The translations under genes were made by a program, and so were the position numbers. Shown here in pieces: positions 12,741 through 27,300 of a DNA stretch of 64,000 nt. Within the stretch, counting starts at the first letter, position 1. Each line of letters opens with the position of its first letter. Source of the DNA: Octopus sinensis (lineage: Eukaryota); NCBI RefSeq assembly GCF_006345805.1, contig NC_043006.1, positions 20,770,001 to 20,834,000 on the forward strand, given 5' to 3'. Under the pieces are notes generated by a model. It was not told the origin of the DNA, did not search any database, and worked only from the letters and a program-made list of their open reading frames with translations.

Positions 12741-14498
12741 TGATTTCTTTTATTTGCCACCAGGGTGAAGGATGAGGGGGACAGTACAAAGACAAAGTGT
12801 AGGGGAGGGGAGGGTGATAGAGATGTAGCCCTCCTGATACAGGATGATCTCAAGGGATAATCAAGGAACCCGACTGTCTGAGATTTCCCTGAACACCAAA
12901 AGCATGTGCCCTCTCCAATTCCTTAAGAAAGAGGAGGAGGAGGAAAAGAAGAAGAGGATTGGAAAAGAATGTCCCGTAGAGCCTCTACAGAAAGTTTGCT
13001 TTAAGGGGCAGGAAAGATTATCAGGACGGTTTTGAGCACTTGAAAGACTATTGAAAGATAGTGGATACCTAAGGTTACAGGTAGTAAGCCACTACCCATG
13101 TAAATACTGCCAGAAATAAGACCAAACCTGAGTTAAATCAATAACCTACAAGGTCTGAAATTTTGGGGTGGAGAGGGCTTGACTGGCACTAATTTTATGA
13201 ACCCTGGAATTTGAACTCAGAATGTTAAACCAGACGACGAAACGCAACTAAACATTTTGTCTGGCATGCTAACAATTCTGCCAGATGCACAAAATCATTT
13301 GCATACTTCCCATAATCTATGTTGGTACAAGTCTATCTTATTCTCAAAAATTGGAACTTAAGGATTTGACTTAATCAAATGGTATGGATGATTGGAGAGA
13401 TGGTGAAAACACAATGCTAATTTTTGAAGGGCATGGCTGTGTGGTTAGGGAGCTTGCTTCCTAACTATATGGTTTCGAGTTCAGTCCCACTGCGTGGCAC
13501 TTTGGGTAGATGTCTTCCGCTATAGCCCCGAGCCGACCGGAGCTTTGTGATTGAATTCGGTAGGCGGGAGTTACTGCCGTGTGTGTATGTGTGCGTATAG
13601 CTGCTCAGTGCCTCTTCGAAAGAGAGAGAGAGAGAGAGGACAAGGATTTAAAACCATAGTTTTGTGTGAAGCTGTCACAGAAATACCTGTATATGGTCAC
13701 TCAAGCTGCTAGAAATAGCAGCCAAAACTCTCTAACTTCCTAACAAAAAAAAAAGTAAAAACAGACAATATTTGATATTACAGTCTGAGAAAAATTATGT
13801 CTGAAAAGATGAAGTGATCACAGCTTGTACGTCTTAGATAAAAGGTGAGGAGCTAGATCAAGAATAAGCACATGCAGCAGTAGTGATGATGAAGTTCTTA
13901 TGGTTTTCAGAGACAGCAGATGTGATTACACAAGCATACAAACCTAAAATATTGCATTAATGAGGAAAAATGGTATAAATACCTGCTTTTGTAGTTCATC
14001 ACGATACTGGTCCATAGCAGACTTCTGGGCGTCAGTCTAAGAATAAATACAAACATACATATCATGAAGTGTATATAAAAGGAGTATATACTCATAAAAT
14101 ATTTTCCTCAATCTAGTCTGCTAGCCAAGTCTGTAAGATGAGCTTAATATGAAAGCTGCATAATTTTCCAAATCCACATCTTATACTACTTATATGATGA
14201 ACTTTCCTGTCAAAGATGACATATGAGTGTTCGACTTCTGCCGAATGACCAGCACAAATAATTTTTTTACAATAATCAAGTGTTCATGTGGCACACTAGT
14301 TCACTCTCTCCATCAAATTGACGTGGTCAGAACAGGTGCGCAGTGTACCCACACATCAGGTGTTGAAGTGATTGCACAGCAATGTTAAATGAAGTGTTTT
14401 GCTCAAGAACACAACGGGCCACCTAGTCTAGGAATTGAAATCCTGATCTCTAGATCATGAGTGCAACAAAATAACCACAAGGCCATGTGCCCTCACTG

Positions 14499-14551
<53 letters not shown>

Positions 14552-16272
14552 ATAATTATTTGAGGGAATATTATTCCTAACTTACAGGGAAAAATTCAAT
14601 TTAGAAATACTAAATCAAATTTCATAAAATATAATATATATATAAAAAAATTAGAAAAAAAAAACACCTTTTATCAATTCAAAATGAACAATTAAATTAC
14701 ACCATCTAGAAAATTACATATAATAGAAATATTAAAAATAAAATAACAATAATATACCGATGATTAAGTAAATTGCAAAATAATAATAAAAAAATAATCC
14801 TTAAACCCTTAAAATGTTTTAGCCCGAACGCCGCGGCCATGCTGGGGCACATTTTGCAATTTACTTAATCATCGGTATATTATTGTTATTTTATTTTTAA
14901 TATTTCTATTATATGTACGAGGGGCGTTCAATAAGTAATGCCCCTGACCCACTTCCCATAGCAGTAGAGCAACGAAACTTGGCACAGTTATTAGTCTTTT
15001 TCTACATAGGAACCACCCAGAGTTACGCATTTCTCCCATCATTTGATGCGGCTCTGGAGACTGTTTTTGTAGAAGAACCCAGCTTGGTCCTCCAACCTCA
15101 ACGTGACTTCAGAAATCAAGGCTGCATCATCTGGGAAACGCTTTCCTTTCAAAAACAACTTCATGATTGGGAAGAGGTGAAAATCAGAGGGTGCAAGGTC
15201 AGGAAAGTAGGAGGGATGGGGAGGAGTTCATAGCCATACGCCTGTGCTTCTGATCTGGCGACAAGCGAGTTGTGGACCGGAGCGTTGTCCTGCAGGAGGA
15301 GGATGCCTTTGCTGATCTTGCCCCGCCTCTTGATTATGATAACTTCTCTTAATTTCCTCAAAAGTGAAGCATAATAGGCTCCTGCAATTGTGGTACCCTT
15401 TGCCAGGAAATCTGTCATCACTACTCCGTCCTGGTCCCAGAAGACTGTGAGCATGACCTTGCCAGCGGAGGGCTGCACCCTGCCTTCTTTGGAGGGGGTG
15501 AGTCACGGTGCTTCCACTGCATTGACTGGGCTTTGGTCTCTGGATCATCGTGATGGACCCAGGTTTCATCCTGTGTAATCAGTCTTTTGAAAAATTTTGA
15601 CTCATCTTCTTGGCACATCTCCAAATTCACCCTCGAGCACTCGACGCGTTCTTGCTTCTGGAAAGGCATGAGCAGCCTGGGAATCCATCTGGCAGACACC
15701 TTTTCATATGCAAATGGTCATGAATGATAGTTTCCACAGACCCGGTACTAATCTTGACCTCATGGGCTATTTGGCGAATAATTATGCGTCAATCTTCCAA
15801 AATGGCAGCCTCAACTTGACGGACAGATGCCTCATCAATGGCAGAAGGAGGCGACCAGATCTGGGAGCTGTTTCCACAGAGTTCCGACCATGTTTGAATT
15901 CACGATGCCAGCGTTTTACAAGGTCATATGATGGGGCATTATCACCATAAGTTACTTTCATTTCATCAAAAGTCTCCCGTGGTGTGCGTCCTTTCAAATA
16001 CAAAAACCGGATCACTGCTCGACACTCAACAGGCTCCATTTCACACTTGACTCGGTTCAAACACCTGTAAATCAGAAACCACAATTAATTCAGAGCTGTA
16101 ATTTGCCACTTACTCTATAGAGATATAAATGATTGCACATGCAAATTTCAGCTAGATCAAACAACTGCAAGTGGGTCAGAGGCATTACTTATTGAACGTC
16201 CCTCGTAATTTTCTAGATGGTGTAATTTAATTGTTCATTTTGAATTGATAAAAGGTGGTTTTTTTTCTAATT

Positions 16273-16308
<36 letters not shown>

Positions 16309-18312
16309 TATATATTATATATAATCGAAATAAGCAACAGGATATCAAGAAGTGATGCAGTACAACCATTTCAAGCAGCTCTATTTGATAGAACAATGCA
16401 ATCATGACATCATTTTAAATGCAGGGCTATCATCAGTTGCAACTTAAGTACCTAATTCAACTGAATCTCAATTATTTATATATTTAATAAACACATTATA
16501 TGTCTTTATGTGCTAATATTAGTTTCATGTGCTGAGAACATGCCAAACATTGTATTATAACACATCTGGTGTCTCAGCACAATCATCATTATGCCATGTG
16601 GGCAGTGTCTGATGATTGTGCTGGGACACCAGATATGTTACAAAACAATGTTTGGCATGTTTTCAGTACATGAAACTAAAAGTAGCACATAAAAACATAT
16701 ATTGCATTTCATCATCATCATCATTGTTTAACGTCCGCTTTCCATGCTAGCATGGGTTGGACGGTTCTACTGGGGTCTGGGAAGCCAGAAGGCTGCGCCA
16801 GGCTCAGTCTGATCTGGCAGTATTTCTACAGCTGGATGCCCTTCCTAACGCCAACCACTCCGAGAGTGTAGTGGGTGCTTTTTATGTGCCACCTGCACAG
16901 GTGCCAGACAAGGCTGGCAAACGGCCATGATCGGATGGTGGTTTTTACGTGCCACCGGCACGGAGACCACACAAAGCTGGCAATGGCCACGGTCGGATGG
17001 TGCTTTTTACGTACCACTGGCACGGAAGCCAGTCAGGGCGGTGCTGGCTACGGCCACGTTCGGATGGTTCTCTTACGTGCCACCGGCACTGGTATCTCAG
17101 CTACAATTTCCATTGATGTTGAAAGATTTCGATTTCGATTTCGGTTTTCACTTGCCTCAACAGGTCTCCACAAGTAGGGTTTGTGTCACAAGAAGGAAAG
17201 GTATTTATTAAATAATATTGATCTCTCACAAAATGGAGAACTTTTTTTTATTGATCTTACCATCACAAAACAGCACACTATATATACATACATATATATA
17301 TATATTATATATATATATATATAATATATATATACATTATATATTATATATAATCGAAATAAGCAACAGGATATCAAGAAGTGATGCAGTACAACCATTT
17401 CAAGCAGCTCTATTTGATAGAACAATGCAATCATGACATCATTTTAAATGCAGGGCTATCATCAGTTGCAACTTAAGTACCTAATTCAACTGAATCTCAA
17501 TTATTTATATATTTAATAAACACATTATATGTCTTTATGTGCTAATATTAGTTTCATGTGCTGAGAACATGCCAAACATTGTATTATAACACATCTGGTG
17601 TCTCAGCACAATCATCATTATGCCATGTGGGCAGTGTCTGATGATTGTGCTGGGACACCAGATATGTTACAAAACAATGTTTGGCATGTTTTCAGTACAT
17701 GAAACTAAAAGTAGCACATAAAAACATATATTGCATTTCATCATCATCATCATTGTTTAACGTCCGCTTTCCATGCTAGCATGGGTTGGACGGTTCTACT
17801 GGGGTCTGGGAAGCCAGAAGGCTGCGCCAGGCTCAGTCTGATCTGGCAGTATTTCTACAGCTGGATGCCCTTCCTAACGCCAACCACTCCGAGAGTGTAG
17901 TGGGTGCTTTTTATGTGCCACCTGCACAGGTGCCAGACAAGGCTGGCAAACGGCCATGATCGGATGGTGGTTTTTACGTGCCACCGGCACGGAGACCACA
18001 CAAAGCTGGCAATGGCCACGGTCGGATGGTGCTTTTTACGTACCACTGGCACGGAAGCCAGTCAGGGCGGTGCTGGCTACGGCCACGTTCGGATGGTTCT
18101 CTTACGTGCCACCGGCACTGGTATCTCAGCTACAATTTCCATTGATGTTGAAAGATTTCGATTTCGATTTCGGTTTTCACTTGCCTCAACAGGTCTCCAC
18201 AAGTAGGGTTTGTGTCACAAGAAGGAAAGGTATTTATTAAATAATATTGATCTCTCACAAAATGGAGAACTTTTTTTTATTGATCTTACCATCACAAAAC
18301 AGCACACTATAT

Positions 18313-18379
<67 letters not shown>

Positions 18380-21300
18380 TATGTATACATATATATATAC
18401 ATATATACACACATTATGGCTGCCCCCTAATTATCGAGTATGGCCATTGCACGAAGCTTAACTGTTATTGGTGCTGCGATCGAATGTGACTTTTTAGCCC
18501 AGCTAAAGATCTACAATGTCTTGTACAGAATTGGCAACTAAAACCTTTACCGGTAATAGCCGGCTGTAGTTGTAACTGGGTTTCATGTACCTTTGCATGT
18601 TGTTTAAGTCCTCCTGCCGAATTACACTCTCTTCCACATACCTGACAGATATGATTAGTATGGTGTCTAACACCACCACCAGTGGCCAGGTTGTCACTCA
18701 TCTGTCTTGCATTATGACTACAAGGTGCATTCAGAAAGTATCCAACTTACGTTTTTCTGCCAAAACTAATGCTGCAAGGGCAAAATCCCGTGGGTGCTTT
18801 TATGTGGTACTGGCGCAGTTGCTTTAGCATGGCACCTGCACCCATGAGCCCATAAGACAATGCCCTCTTGGCTGAGAGAGGGAGTGAGGGGCATGGTTGT
18901 AATGGACATGCTTGTATGTATGGATGACCACGATTTAATTTAGCTTGATGTGTCTTCTCAAGCACAGCAAATCACCAGAAGTCTCAGTTCCATGTCATCT
19001 CCTCTGTGAGACCCAATGTCTCAAACTCCTTTTTCATTGTCCTACCTCTTCTTGGGGCTATCTTTTCCATAGGTTCCCTTCACAATTAGACGTGCTTGAG
19101 AAGAAGACCCATCAAGCCGAGCAAAATTGCAGTCGTGGCAGATATCGGCGTCATGCAAATTGGCACCCATGCAGGTGGCACGTAAAAGCACCCTGGTATC
19201 ACGCAAACAGCACCCATGCTGGTGGAATGTAAAAACTCCCATTATATTCTCAGAGTGATTGGCATTAGGAAGGGCATTCAGCCATAGAAAACCTCGCCAA
19301 ATCAGACTGGAGTCTGGTGCAGCCTTTCAGCGTGCCAGCCCAGTCAAACTGCCCAACCCGTGTCAGCATGGACAACGGATGTTAAATGATGATGATGACG
19401 ACAATAATATAGATAAAAATAAACGCTTACTTTAGGCTGTCCAAATATACCATGACCTCCTCTAGCATGGGAAGTTTCCATGAGTGGGTTGTTCAAATTT
19501 GAAAGAGGACCTGCAGTAACTTCATTAGAAGGTAGACCAAAATTAGACACCTCCTGCAAGGGGGCTGAAGTAATTTGGCTAATCCTTGCAGTTGGATCTT
19601 CATTCATCAAGTCTCTTTTAATCTGGCGAAGATTGGCTTCAAAAAGTAAAAATGATTTTATTGAAATTATTATTAAGAAACTCTTATCGTGCATAAGTAT
19701 AGCTCCTCAAGCAGACCCTGGAAAACAGATCACATAGTAATTCAATATAGAAGAGTATAATGCAAAGTTCTATGCAGCTGAAATCCAAGAGATCCGATTG
19801 ATGAAATTATCTCATGAGGCGTATATAAGCCATAAAGAGTTAGCAGGAATGAGAGGTGAATATATTGAAGAATTAGTATAACCATGATGTTCTAGTAATC
19901 TGATGAGCAAACTTTCTTCATCTACAAGGATTTGTAAATATAATATTGAATTATATAATGCACAGCATGCATATTAGTACAGACATAAAATAATTTATCA
20001 AGCACTGAAATTATTATTACACGAAGGCTGCAAAATGGCTGCAATCATAAGGATGACAAGTAGTTAAATATATTCACTATGCCAACACCACCCCTACTAT
20101 ATAAGGTAGTGACCATACAGTGCAAAACATGATAGTGTAGTGTAAGCAGGTTGAACTTAAGATCATTGTTTGCTTATGAATTCTGCCAAAAGCGAGCTCT
20201 CTTTTCAGGTACATGACGCCACTGTTCCCCATCCCAGGGTCTCTAGGGCCCGTACCTCCCACACCCTCAGGTTTGGCACTCTCAACGTTGGCACACTGAA
20301 AGGTAGGTCTGGTGAGATTGTTGAGATGCTTGAACAGAGACGTGGTGATATATGTTGCATCCAAGAAGGTGGAGAGGAGGTTCTGCTAGGTTCCTCACAG
20401 GCAAAGAACACAGGTACAAGATTTTTGGGGCAGGGAACACTGACGGGGTGGGGGCATGGGTATACTTCTCGCTGGAAAATGGGTAGATAAGGTAATTGAG
20501 ATAATCAGAGTATGTGACAGAATACTTAAGATTAGATTAGTGCTTTGTCATGGTTTAGCAACCATTGTATCAGCCTATGGCCCTCAGCCAAGGCTACCCG
20601 ATGGACAGAAAGACCGATTCTATGACACCCTACAGCAGACTACCTCATTGACGAATGACAGAGCCCTTCTCTTTGTGGCTGGTGACTTCAATGGGCATGT
20701 TGGACAACATGCTGGGGGCTTCCATGGTGTACATGGAGGCTATGGTTATGGTTCCCGCAACGAGGAGGGAACCAGGCTGCTGGAGTTCTGCGATGCAAAT
20801 GATCTTATGGTTTGCAATACTAACCTCAGAAAAGCTACCAGCCACCTAGTCACCTACCGATCAGGCCAACATACTAGCCAAATTGACTACATCCTTGCCA
20901 GGAAAATGGATAGATGGCTGCTTATAAATGCCAAAACCATCCCAGGCGAAGAATGTACCCCACAACATAGACTGGTAGTTAGTGACTTTAGGATCAGGAC
21001 TAAGAGGACAACCAGAAGACGACCAACAAGGAGAAGAGGATCTGGAAGCTTAAAGATCCTGCGAATGGACAGAGATTTAGGGACATATTACTTGAAGCCT
21101 ATAATGAAATAGAAGGGGATATAGCTTCACATGGGGTAGAAGACAACTGGAGGTTTCTAAGATACAACCTGCTGAGAGCCACTGACCAGATCTGTGGTTG
21201 GTGCAAAGTCCCCTCTCGACCTAAAATAACGTGGTGGTGGAACAATGTTGTAGACAGGGCTATTAGAAAAAAGAGACAGGCTTGGAAGGACTGGAAGAAT

Positions 21301-24300
21301 GGTGGTAGCAGGGAATTGTATCAGACTGCCAAAAGAGAAGCTAGGAGACAGGTTTATTTAGCCAGAGGGGAAGCAGATAAGAAAAAATTTGCCAATGTTC
21401 TGTGCCGTGAGGACCAAAGACTTGAGGTATTTTGTGTTGCAAGACAGTGTGGGAGAGAGAATCGTGATGTAGTAGGAGAGAAATGTGTTCGCATGAATGA
21501 TGGTTCACTTGCGCTAAATGAGGATGAAAAGAGAGAGGTTTGGAGACGCCACTATGAAAGGTTGCTGAATGAGGAAAATGAATGGGATAAAGAGAGTCTG
21601 CCGAATGTTGAGCCAACAGAGGGACCAGCTATCCGAGTTGACAGTTCCTTGGTAGTTAAGGCAATTAGAAGCATGAAGACAGGGAAAGCCCCAGGCCCAT
21701 CAGGAATTACTGCAGAGATGCTCAAAATATCTGGCAGTGTCGGCTATAGCCTAGTCACCCGTATAGTTAACCAGGTGATTCACGAAGGAGTCATACCCAA
21801 TGACTGGTGTAGCAGCATAATAGTCAACTGCTAAAAAGGTAAAGGTGACGCCCTAGATACAAATAATTACAGAGGTATCAATCTATTGGATCAGGTAATG
21901 AAGGTTACGGAGAGGGTCATAGCCCAACTAATTAGAGAGAGAGTTAGTTTAGATGAGATGCAGTTTGGGGACGTGCCAGGGAAAAGCACCACTGATGCCA
22001 TATTCCTGGTAAGACAGCTGCAGGAGAAATACCTAGCCAAAGATAAGGCCCTGTACCTGGCTTTCGTTGACATGGAGAAAGCCTTCGACAGGGTCCCCCG
22101 ATCCCTTATCTGGTGGTCAATGAGGAAACTAGGGATAGATGAATGGTTAGTGAGAGCTGTGCGAGCCATGTACAGGGACGCTACTAGTAAGGTGAGGGTT
22201 GGCAACGAGTACAGTGAAGAATTCCAGGTAGACGTAGGGGTCCACCAAGGTTCAGTCCTCAGCCCCTTCCTATTTATCATAGTCCTCCAGGCAATAACGG
22301 AGGAATTCAAGACAGGATGCCCCTGGGAGCTCCTCTACGCTGATGACCTTGCTCTAATTGCTGAGTCACTATCAGAACTGGAGGAGAAGTTTCAGGTGTG
22401 TTAGCAAGGATTAGAATCGAAGGGCCTTAGAGTCAACCTAGCTAAAACCAAAGTCCTAATAAGTAGGAAGGTAGACAAGTCACAAACGCCTTCAGGTAGA
22501 TGGCCCTGCTCGATCTGTAGAAACTCTATAAGATGCACCAAGTGTAAGCTATGGACACATAAGAGGTGCAGCAATGTCAAAGGAAGGTTAACTAGGAAGA
22601 TAGTTTTTGTATGTGGCAGATGCTCAGGAGCAATAAACACTGAAAATGCGCAGAGACCAACTTCCGCCACATTCTAGGGAGAAAAACTAGTAATAGTTGA
22701 TAGCTTCCGTTACCTTGGTGACCAAGTCAGTAGCGGGGGCGGGTGTGTTGAAAGTGTAACTGCTAGAGTAAGAATAGCCTGGGCAAAGTTCAGAGAGCTC
22801 TTACCTCTGCTAGGGACAAAAGGCCTCTCGCTCAGAGTAAAAGGCAGACTGTATGATGCATGTGTATGAACAACCATGCTACATGGCAGTGAAACATGGG
22901 CCGTGACTGCTGAGGATATGTGTAAGCTCGCAAGAAATGAAGCCAGTATGCTCCGATGGATGTGTAATGTCAGTGTTCATACTCAACAGAGTGTAAGTAC
23001 CTTAAGAGAAAGGTTGGGCCTAAGAAGCATCAGTTGTGGTGTGCAAGAGAGACGTTTGCGCTGGTATGGTCATGTGGTGAGAATGGATGAAGATAGTTGT
23101 GTGAAAAAGTGCCACACCCTAGCGGTTGAGGGAACCTGTGTAAGAGGTAGACCCAGGAAAACCTGGGACGAGGTGGTGAAGCACGACCTTCGAACTTTAG
23201 GTCTCACCAAGGAAATGACTAGAGACCGAGACCTTTGGAAGTATGCTGTGCGTGAGAAGACCCGGCAGGACAATTGAGACCATAACCCGTGGCCTCTACC
23301 TGGGATGTAGCCAGTCCACTTATGCATACCTTTCCTTCTTGGGACACAAAACTTTAATTGTGAAGACCTGTTGAGGCAAGTGAAAATCAAAATCAAAATC
23401 GATCAACATCGATGGAAATTGTAGCTGTGATGCCAGTGCTGGTGGTACATAAGAGAACCATCCGAACGTGGCTGTTGCCAGTGCTGCCCCGACTGGCCTC
23501 CGTGCTGGTGGCACGTAAAAACCACCATCCGATCATGGCCGTTTGCCGGTGGCACGTAAAAAGCACCCACTACACTCACGGAGTGGTTGGCGTTAGGAAG
23601 GGCATCCAGCCATAGAAACATTGCCAGATCAGACTGGGCCTGGTGCAGCCTTCTGGCTTCCCAGACCCCAGTTGAACCGTCCAACCCATGCTAGCATGGA
23701 AAACGGACACTAAACGATGATGATGATTCCTCTTGAATTTGTCTGGTTTACTGAACCTTTTGGAGTAGATGAGAAAGGACTGAGATATCTGGTGCTTTGC
23801 TGTACTCAAGAAAACCTGTCCTCTACAGCATAAATGTTAAGGCAGCTTCCCCTGATGAAGAGGAGTGGCTTGCAAGAGACCTGTGCCAGTGTCACATAAT
23901 AGCATTTGTGACTGTGTCACATTGAAAACACCCAACACACACTGTAAAGTGTTTGGCATTAGAAAGAACATCTAGCCATAGAAAGACTGGTTCACAGTGT
24001 GTGTTGGGTGCTTTCAATGTGGCACAGTCACAAATGCTATTATGTATGTATGTATGTATGCATGCATGCATGCATACATACTTACATACATACATACATA
24101 TATAGAAAGAGAGATCTTGTGTGACATATTGAGAAAGTGTCTTCTATGACGTGGGGCCAGTTAAAGCCTTGTGGTAGGCATAAACATGTGTGGTTGAGAA
24201 GTTTGCTTTCTAGTCACTTGATTTTGGTAATTGGGTAAATGTATTCTACAGCAGCTGTGATACAATCGAAGCCTTGTACATGGATTTGGTTGATAGAAAC

Positions 24301-27300
24301 TACAATGCTGTGTGTCCTTACACAGAACTATCAAAACAGACAAACCATAAATACAATTATATTCAACATTGAGTTATTGGAACAGACATTAAGCTTTGCA
24401 TAAAATTATATGCTATGTAGTTACACGTAACTCTCAGGCATCAAGCTCTAGATACAGCTCTATTGATCATAGAACTATCAAAACACATTAAGCTTGAGAT
24501 AAAATTGCATGTAAACATACCAAGAACATTTCCACTAGAATCTTTTAAGGGAGCACCACCACCTCCCCGACCAAATGGATTGTAATTTCGACTTTCTTCT
24601 TCCAGCGTTTTCTCATAACTGTTAAACAGAAAAGCATAATAATTAAAAATAGAAAAAATACAACAAAATCAGTTGTTCAGTAATGTAAATACATAGATGA
24701 AGAGCAATGCTATAGTGATTTTGTTGTTATGATATAAAAGAGAAATGGCTTATCATAAATACCATAAGTCACTTATTCAGATCAGTAATCAAGTCTTGTT
24801 GTAAAGCGTTTATTCACATACAGCCATTGTAATACCAGTGCCGGTGGCATGTAAAAGAAACAACCGAATGTGGCCGTTGCCAGCGCCGCCTCGACTGCCC
24901 CCTATGCTGGTGGCATGTAAAAAGCACCAACCGATCGTGGCTGTTGCCAGCCTCCCCTGGAACCTGTGCCGGTGGCACATAAAAAGCACCAACCGATCGT
25001 GGCCGTTGCCAGCCTCGCCTGGCACGTAAAAAGCACCCACTACACTCACGGAGTGGTTGACAGTAGGAAGGGCATCCAGCTGTAGAAACACTGCCAGATC
25101 AGACTGGAGCCTGGTGCAGCCTCCTGGCTTCCTAGACCCCGGTCGAACCGTCCAACCCATGCTAGCATGGAAAGCGGACGTTAAATGGTGATGATGATGA
25201 TTGCCAAAAGTAGGGTTCTTTAATCAGCATAAGCCTGTATGATCAAAATGACCAAGTCTTTTCACTGTGTTGGTAATCATTTTTATCACTGTTCAATTAA
25301 CCACCAACTGAGTCCTAGCCAGAGTTGCTTTCCTGAAAGGAATCACTATTACCATTTGTACTTCCATTATTTGTTGTTTCTACTAATTCCAATGAATATT
25401 TATTGGAAGACAGTGTAGAATCATTCAGTGGACTATTCTGATGTTATTAACTTCTAAGATTACAAAGAGAGTCTGCTATTGCTAAAAGACAATATACTGG
25501 GTTGGACAGTTACAGCAGGCCATGTTGATTGTAACAGGATGAAGGTCTCAGGAACACTTGAGGGGTGTCAGTCTTACCCTGTTACATTCAATTGTGTCGA
25601 AAGGAAAACCAAAACTTCGACTATCTTCAACAGCAATAAATAATACTTCATTTTGTCTGGATTCACAAATAAAATATATACACTTATATATTTTCTTCAG
25701 GGCGAACCGGTAGCCAAGCCCATAAAACTATTCACATTAGTTAACTTGTGTGAGCCAAAATGCTGTCTTCGTTCCCACATAGAAGTGGGGCTTTCTCTAC
25801 ATGTTGGGTTTTCCCCTTGAGAGAAGGTTGAGTCGTGTCCACTCGATAGGGCTGCAGCTACAAAAAGACCGATCTAGCGGGAAAACTTTCTGTCGGCAGT
25901 TCTCTGCACATGAGGGAACTTCCGACGGCCTACGAGAAGTAATCCAACTTGTGCATGCGTGCTGAAAACTTCCAAAATAGCGTCACTACATGATACTGGA
26001 CAGTCACAGCTGACCATGTTGCCAAGAGATATTATGTTAAATTGTTTTTCCACCATTGAAGCAGGCTTTTTGATACTTTCAATGAAAATAGTTTCAATTC
26101 AAAACTAGTGTGTCACATTCAAACTTTCATGCAGTTTATCCAGCAAATATTTGTAAATTAAAATGAGCATCTCCATTTTTATGTGCCTGGCACCAATGAA
26201 GTGACTGTGCAACAACACACGTTAAAGAGAATGTTGGGTACGACACGTACATTTGTTGAGGATGAGCTGTAGGTAAAAGAAATACTCTCACAACATGACT
26301 GTTAATTATTGACTCCACATAAAAACGACACTCGGCTGTGATCATCTCAGCTTATTACTGTTAACTACAAGCTTATTACTCGACTAAAGGCAGTGCTACA
26401 GCATGGCCACAGTGGAATGACTGGCACGTAAAAAGCACCCACTACACTCACGGAGTGGTTGGCGTTAGGAAGGGCATCCAGCTGTAGAAACACTGCCAGA
26501 TCAGACTGGAGCCTGGTGCAGCCTTCTGGCTTCCCAGATCCCCGGTCAAACCGTCCAACCCATGCTAGTATGGAAAGGGAACATTAAACAATGAAGATGA
26601 TGATGATGATGAATGTAAAAGGCTGAAAATAAACAAGATCAGTGATTTAGTGTGGTGCTTTGTTAGCTTGGCTATTCCACTGCCTCAACAAAGTTTTTAT
26701 AATAAACGCAACTTACTTCTCTTGATCTCGCTTTTCTTTCAGCTTTAGAGCTTTTTTCTCTTCAATCTGCAGAGAAAAGAAAGGAAAACAAGACATTAAA
26801 GATACCAAATGTATTAGAAGTGAGAATAAGGAGGAGGAGGAGGAGAAGGAGGACTGTATCTTTAGTGTTTTATCTTTTATTTGTTTCTATCAGTAGACCG
26901 TGGCCATGCTGGGACACTGTTGAATGGATTGATCCCAGTATCTTTTTTTTAATGCCTGGTACTTATTCTATCAGTCTCTTTTGGTGAATTACTAAGTTAC
27001 ATGGATGTAAACACACGAATACCAGTCGTCAAGTGGTGGTGGGGCACAAACACACAAACACGACAGGCTTCTTTCAGTTTCCGTCTGCCAAATACACTAA
27101 CAAGGCTTTGGTTGGCCTGAGACTAGAGTAGAAGACACTTGGCCAAGGTGCCATGCAGTAGGACTGAACCAGGAACCATGTGGCCGGGAAGCAAGCTACT
27201 TACCACACAGCCACTCCTACGCCTATATCAAAATTGCCTACAACAGAATTGGCACCAGTGCTGGTGCCACATAAAAAGCACTCCTGCTGGTGCCATGTTA

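Noticed and set aside
23851-23880. CTGATGAAGAG motif as a hammerhead
   Set aside because: Followed by GCAA rather than GAAA, with no helix I or III. Similar isolated CTGATGA hits at 4826 and 40070 also lack the rest of the fold.
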